From Minisyncoccia bacterium (GTDB taxonomy: Bacteria > Patescibacteriota > Minisyncoccia > Phycocordibacterales > UBA2100), in the NCBI GenBank assembly GCA_965659025.1, contig CBFHTW010000001.1:1-56442 (forward strand): a stretch of DNA of 56,442 nt, given 5' to 3'. Below, one piece after another: positions 53,612-56,442 of this stretch. Position 1 is the stretch's first letter. Every line of letters begins with the position of its first letter. The notes under the pieces were generated by a model, which was not told the DNA's origin, made no database searches, and was given only the letters and a program-made list of their open reading frames with translations. The position numbers and the translations under genes are program-made.

Positions 53612-54184
53612 ATGCACAATAGAAAGACATGGGCATATATTATTGGTGTTGCCCTCGGAGACGGAAATCTTTCTAATCCAAATGGAAGAGCAATACGTTT
53701 ACGTGTCACCTGTGATGCTCGGTACCCCATTCTTGCAAAAGACATTGTGAAAGCACTCAAAACAGTATTGCCCAAAAATGTTGTTTCTATAGTACAGGCA
53801 CCCAGAAAAACGTATTTCAATATAAGCGTGTATTCAAATCAATTAGGCAAATGGATACCCTGGAAAGTGGGAAAAGGGACCAAAGAAATACAACGAATCC
53901 GTGTCCCGATGTGGATACGTATACATCAACCATATAGAAAAGAGTGTTTGCGCGGTCTTCTGCAAACAGACGGTAGTATATACAAAGACCGCGGTTACCT
54001 CATGGTGAACTTTACAAACCACGTCCGAGGCCTCGCGATTGATACATATAACATGCTTGTGGCATCTGGGTACGCCCCAACCATATCAAAAACGACTGAA
54101 CGTAATGGAAAGACGAAATATACAATACGAATCGCGCGCCAAACGGAACGGCTCATTAAAGATATTGGATTGTTTAAATTATGA
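53612..54184 (+). CDS. Free-standing double-motif LAGLIDADG homing endonuclease
   Basis: Motif 1 WAYIIGVALGDGNL and motif 2 ECLRGLLQTDGSIY, about 100 aa apart. Markedly AT-richer than its flanks. The ATG lies 2 nt after the tRNA-Leu 3' end, and the stop overlaps the miaA start (ATGA). Confidence 0.85.
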   Translation: MHNRKTWAYIIGVALGDGNLSNPNGRAIRLRVTCDARYPILAKDIVKALKTVLPKNVVSIVQAPRKTYFNISVYSNQLGKWIPWKVGKGTKEIQRIRVPMWIRIHQPYRKECLRGLLQTDGSIYKDRGYLMVNFTNHVRGLAIDTYNMLVASGYAPTISKTTERNGKTKYTIRIARQTERLIKDIGLFKL

Positions 54185-55122
54185 ATTCACCTACCACCCG
54201 GAACGGAGCACTCGTGGAAAAACTGACTAAAATACTTATTGTTGTAGGGCCGACGGCCAGCGGCAAGAGCGCGCTGGGGGTGGAAATCGCCCGCGCGCTC
54301 GGCGGTGAAATTATCTCCGCCGATTCGCGGCAGGTGTACCGCGGTCTTGATATCGGCACGGGCAAGATCACCACGCGCGAAATGCGCGGCGTCCCCCATT
54401 ACCTACTTGATGTGTCCTCTCCCAAACGCATCTTCACGGCGCATGATTTTGTCACAAAGGGACGCCGTGCGATCGCAGATATTGCCGCCCGGCGCAACAT
54501 ACCGATTATTGTGGGAGGTACCGGATTTTACATTGACGCGCTTGTAGGACGCATATCATTGCCTGATGTGCCTCCGGATACTGCGTTTCGCACAAAGATG
54601 CGCACGAAGACGGCAAAACAGCTTTTTGCGCTCCTGAAACAAAAGGACCCTGTGCGCGCTCGGAGCATGAATGAAAGTGAACGTGGCAATCCTGTGCGCC
54701 TCATTCGCGCTCTTGAAATCGCTCGCTCGCTCGGGAAAAACCCGAAGCCGCGAAACAATACCGCCTATTCCGCGCAGTGGATTGGAATCCAGCCAAGCGA
54801 TAATGTGATACAAAAGAACATCTCACGGCGTCTGGACGCTCGCCTGCGACAAGGAATGATCGCCGAGGGACGCCGCCTGCACGCTGGCGGACTTTCATAC
54901 AAGCGCATGGAACATCTTGGGCTTGAGTACCGCGCACTCGCCCGACACCTGCAAGGGAAGACCAACCGCGCACAGATGCGCGAGGAACTCCTGTGCGACA
55001 TCCTCGCCTATGCGAAACGGCAAAAAACCTACTGGAAACGCAACAAAAACATCCGCTGGTTTTCCGATGCCAAAGCGGCGCTCCGGTGGGCTATAGCTTC
55101 TTCCAGCGCGACATCCTCTTGA
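54181..55122 (+). CDS. miaA: tRNA dimethylallyltransferase
   Basis: P-loop VVGPTASGKS, then ISADSRQVYRGLDIGTGK. Confidence 0.92.
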   Translation: MNSPTTRNGALVEKLTKILIVVGPTASGKSALGVEIARALGGEIISADSRQVYRGLDIGTGKITTREMRGVPHYLLDVSSPKRIFTAHDFVTKGRRAIADIAARRNIPIIVGGTGFYIDALVGRISLPDVPPDTAFRTKMRTKTAKQLFALLKQKDPVRARSMNESERGNPVRLIRALEIARSLGKNPKPRNNTAYSAQWIGIQPSDNVIQKNISRRLDARLRQGMIAEGRRLHAGGLSYKRMEHLGLEYRALARHLQGKTNRAQMREELLCDILAYAKRQKTYWKRNKNIRWFSDAKAALRWAIASSSATSS

Positions 55123-55175
55123 CAAAGTCAAAAATGAGCATACAATGCGTTCAGTCAGTATTTTGGGAGTAACCA

Positions 55176-55847
55176 ATGAAAAAGCGGATGATGCTGTCCA
55201 GTGTCTTCTCGCGGCCCCTCGACGAGCTCGAGAAGTTGCCTGAAAAACAGTTTCAGCAAGCGGCCAACGAAGCGGGAGTCACCGCGGAGAAATTCCGTGA
55301 GATTCTTGCCCGAACCCGTGCAACATATCAGGCGTGCGAAGCAAAGAAAGCCGCCATCGCGAAAGCGGAGGCGGAGCTGAATGGCAAGTTCCGGTTCATA
55401 GAGTATCGTTTGCGAGTTATCTTGGCACGCATGGACCTCACACCGGAACGGAGACTTGTCTCTGAACAACTCAAGCAGAAAGCATATAATCTGCTGGAAC
55501 AACAAGGAGAAGGAAGAGAACCGACGAACAGGTTCATGGAATCTACGTTGATTATGTACGAAGGTCGCCTTTTTACTCTCTGTCAGTCTCGGTCTCTCCA
55601 AGAAGCACTTGAGGTACTTTTTGGCGAGTGCAAAACTCAGGTGGTAAATTTGAGCAACATTCCTTCTTTCGGAGAGGCTTGTTACCGTGCCTACCGCGCT
55701 GTTAAAAAACAACTGCGCGGAGATCGCGGTAGCTCTAACGGTCTTCCCATTGAAGGGCCGGCTCTCGTATACAGCGTAAACATTGGCCTCAACTTTCCAG
55801 CTCACCCGAGACCTCGTCGCTACAACGACGAACTCGAGCACTACTAG
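55176..55847 (+). CDS. Hypothetical protein (223 aa) inside the miaA 3'-end duplication
   Basis: GGGAG SD 7 nt upstream of the ATG, and a perfect terminator overlaps the stop codon. I recognise no family. The plus strand is chosen over the codon-aligned antisense ORF 55155-55841. Confidence 0.6.
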   Translation: MKKRMMLSSVFSRPLDELEKLPEKQFQQAANEAGVTAEKFREILARTRATYQACEAKKAAIAKAEAELNGKFRFIEYRLRVILARMDLTPERRLVSEQLKQKAYNLLEQQGEGREPTNRFMESTLIMYEGRLFTLCQSRSLQEALEVLFGECKTQVVNLSNIPSFGEACYRAYRAVKKQLRGDRGSSNGLPIEGPALVYSVNIGLNFPAHPRPRRYNDELEHY

Positions 55848-55876
55848 TCGGCATCCTTTAGGATGCCGACTTTTTT
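55847..55876 (+). terminator. Rho-independent terminator
   Basis: GTCGGCATCC-TTTA-GGATGCCGAC followed by TTTTTT. Confidence 0.85.
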
Positions 55877-55913
55877 AATTTGGAAATATTCTCAGTGAAG
55901 CCGAGGTTTTAGA

Positions 55914-56001
55914 CAACAAAAACATCCGCTGGTTCTTCGATGCCAAGGCGGCACTCCGATGGGCTACAACTTCTTCCAGCGCGGTGCGAAACGAATCATG
56001 A
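55914..56001 (+). pseudogene. Displaced 3' fragment of miaA
   Basis: Reads NKNIRWFFDAKAALRWATTSSSAVRNES-stop, against the live miaA C-terminus NKNIRWFSDAKAALRWAIASSSATSS-stop. A weak hairpin at 56011-56027 follows. Confidence 0.7.
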
Positions 56002-56042
56002 ATGAAAACAGCGGCCACAAGGGCCGCAATTTCCATTGGGTG

Positions 56043-56113
56043 CGGGCGCTGAGGGAATCGAACCCCCACTGGCGGTTTTGGAGACCGCTGTTCTACCACT
56101 AAACTAAGCGCCC
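56043..56113 (-). tRNA. tRNA-Trp (anticodon CCA)
   Basis: GGGCGCTTAGTTTAGTGGTAGAACAGCGGTCTCCAAAACCGCCAGTGGGGGTTCGATTCCCTCAGCGCCCG folds as a cloverleaf. It lies downstream of rpmG. Confidence 0.9.
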
Positions 56114-56152
56114 TGTGCGCTTGAGTATAGCCCAGCAGTGGCCACTGCGCGA

Positions 56153-56311
56153 CTATTTTTTGACCTCCTTGTGCTTGTTGTGCGCGCGGCACCAACGGCA
56201 AAACTTCTTGAGTTCTATTTTGCGCTCCACAAGCTTTCTGTTCGTGCGTGACCAATAATTGGTGCGGCCGCACTTGGTGCATGCCAGTTTGATGAGCTGA
56301 TCCTGCGACAT
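56153..56311 (-). CDS. rpmG: 50S ribosomal protein L33
   Basis: MSQDQLIKLACTKCGRTNYWSRTNRK...KKFCRWCRAHNKHKEVK, with two CxxC pairs. The ATG at 56311 is preceded by TATAGT plus 9 nt. Confidence 0.88.
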   Translation of the reverse strand: MSQDQLIKLACTKCGRTNYWSRTNRKLVERKIELKKFCRWCRAHNKHKEVKK

Positions 56312-56342
56312 AGTGGTGCGACTATACCCGATTTCTCCTAGA

Positions 56343-56442
56343 CTAGCAAATCTTGCTCCAGTCGTCCCCAAATTGCGTGCCTGTGAGCACATGCATGATG
56401 GTGTCTACCACAAGCCATGCCGCAAGCACAATAATGAACCCA
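56343..56442 (-). CDS. 3' end of a gene truncated by the window edge (hydrophobic C-terminus)
   Basis: The frame reads ...FIIVLAAWLVVDTIMHVLTGTQFGDDWSKIC-stop. It is too short to assign a family. Confidence 0.3.
   Translation of the reverse strand, partial: GFIIVLAAWLVVDTIMHVLTGTQFGDDWSKIC

Larger units (their letters stand above)
55041..55913 (+). mobile_element. Putative inserted cassette: replacement miaA 3' end, a hypothetical gene and a terminator
   Basis: Bounded by 70-bp direct repeats (55041-55110 and 55914-55983), 63/70 identical by eye. No recombinase gene lies inside. Confidence 0.4.

Noticed and set aside
55155-55841. 228-aa minus-strand ORF almost coextensive with the 223-aa plus-strand ORF
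   Set aside because: The two frames share codon boundaries, so the antisense frame stays open whenever the sense gene avoids TTA, CTA and TCA codons. Only the plus-strand ORF has an SD (GGGAG) and a perfect downstream terminator. I cannot fully exclude antisense coding.
1-56442. UGA recoding (code 25/4), as seen in some candidate phyla
   Set aside because: TGA terminates several well-supported genes at the expected protein ends (uvrB, miaA, paralogs 2 and 3, small ORFs). All conserved genes are intact under the standard code.

Overview
A 56.4-kb, gene-dense bacterial chromosomal window, mostly on the minus strand, using the standard genetic code (TGA is a stop in uvrB, miaA and several small genes). 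The core is housekeeping: uvrA-murB-uvrB-tyrS, rnc-smc, a nusB fusion, rpmF, rnhB, dnaE, thrS, gyrB, pheS-pheT, tsf-rpsB, prfA, rpmE, rplY, dus, an ftsQ-like gene, serS, dprA, topA, a relA/spoT homolog, parB, miaA and rpmG. There are three tRNAs, Thr(UGU), Leu(CAA) and Trp(CCA), none with an encoded CCA. Many proteins are domain-minimised: core-only ThrRS, short PheS, PheT without the OB domain, hinge-less 732-aa SMC, short EF-Ts, and an RSH without ACT. Together with a sortase, a CARDB protein and a LAGLIDADG endonuclease, this suggests a small-genome Patescibacteria/CPR-like organism, but that is inference only. No rRNA genes, CRISPR arrays, transposases or integrases were seen. Main second-look items: (1) a cell-envelope island at 23.6-30.3 kb. 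It holds a Tyr/Gly/Asp tandem-repeat protein with an LPXTG-like VPYTG motif, a sortase, a CARDB protein, and three paralogous small proteins sharing an unrecognised C-terminal two-Cys module beside a 4-TM protein, each under a near-consensus promoter. (2) An NlpC/P60-like cysteine-hydrolase domain inserted in the B5 domain of PheT. (3) A NusB-NUDIX fusion. (4) An AT-rich free-standing LAGLIDADG gene wedged between tRNA-Leu and miaA. (5) A 70-bp duplication of the miaA 3' end bracketing an inserted gene. (6) A -10 hexamer 6-9 nt upstream of many start codons with no SD, implying widespread leaderless mRNAs. (7) Several dispersed intergenic repeat and palindrome families. All coordinates of small motifs were hand-derived and may be off by 1-2 nt.
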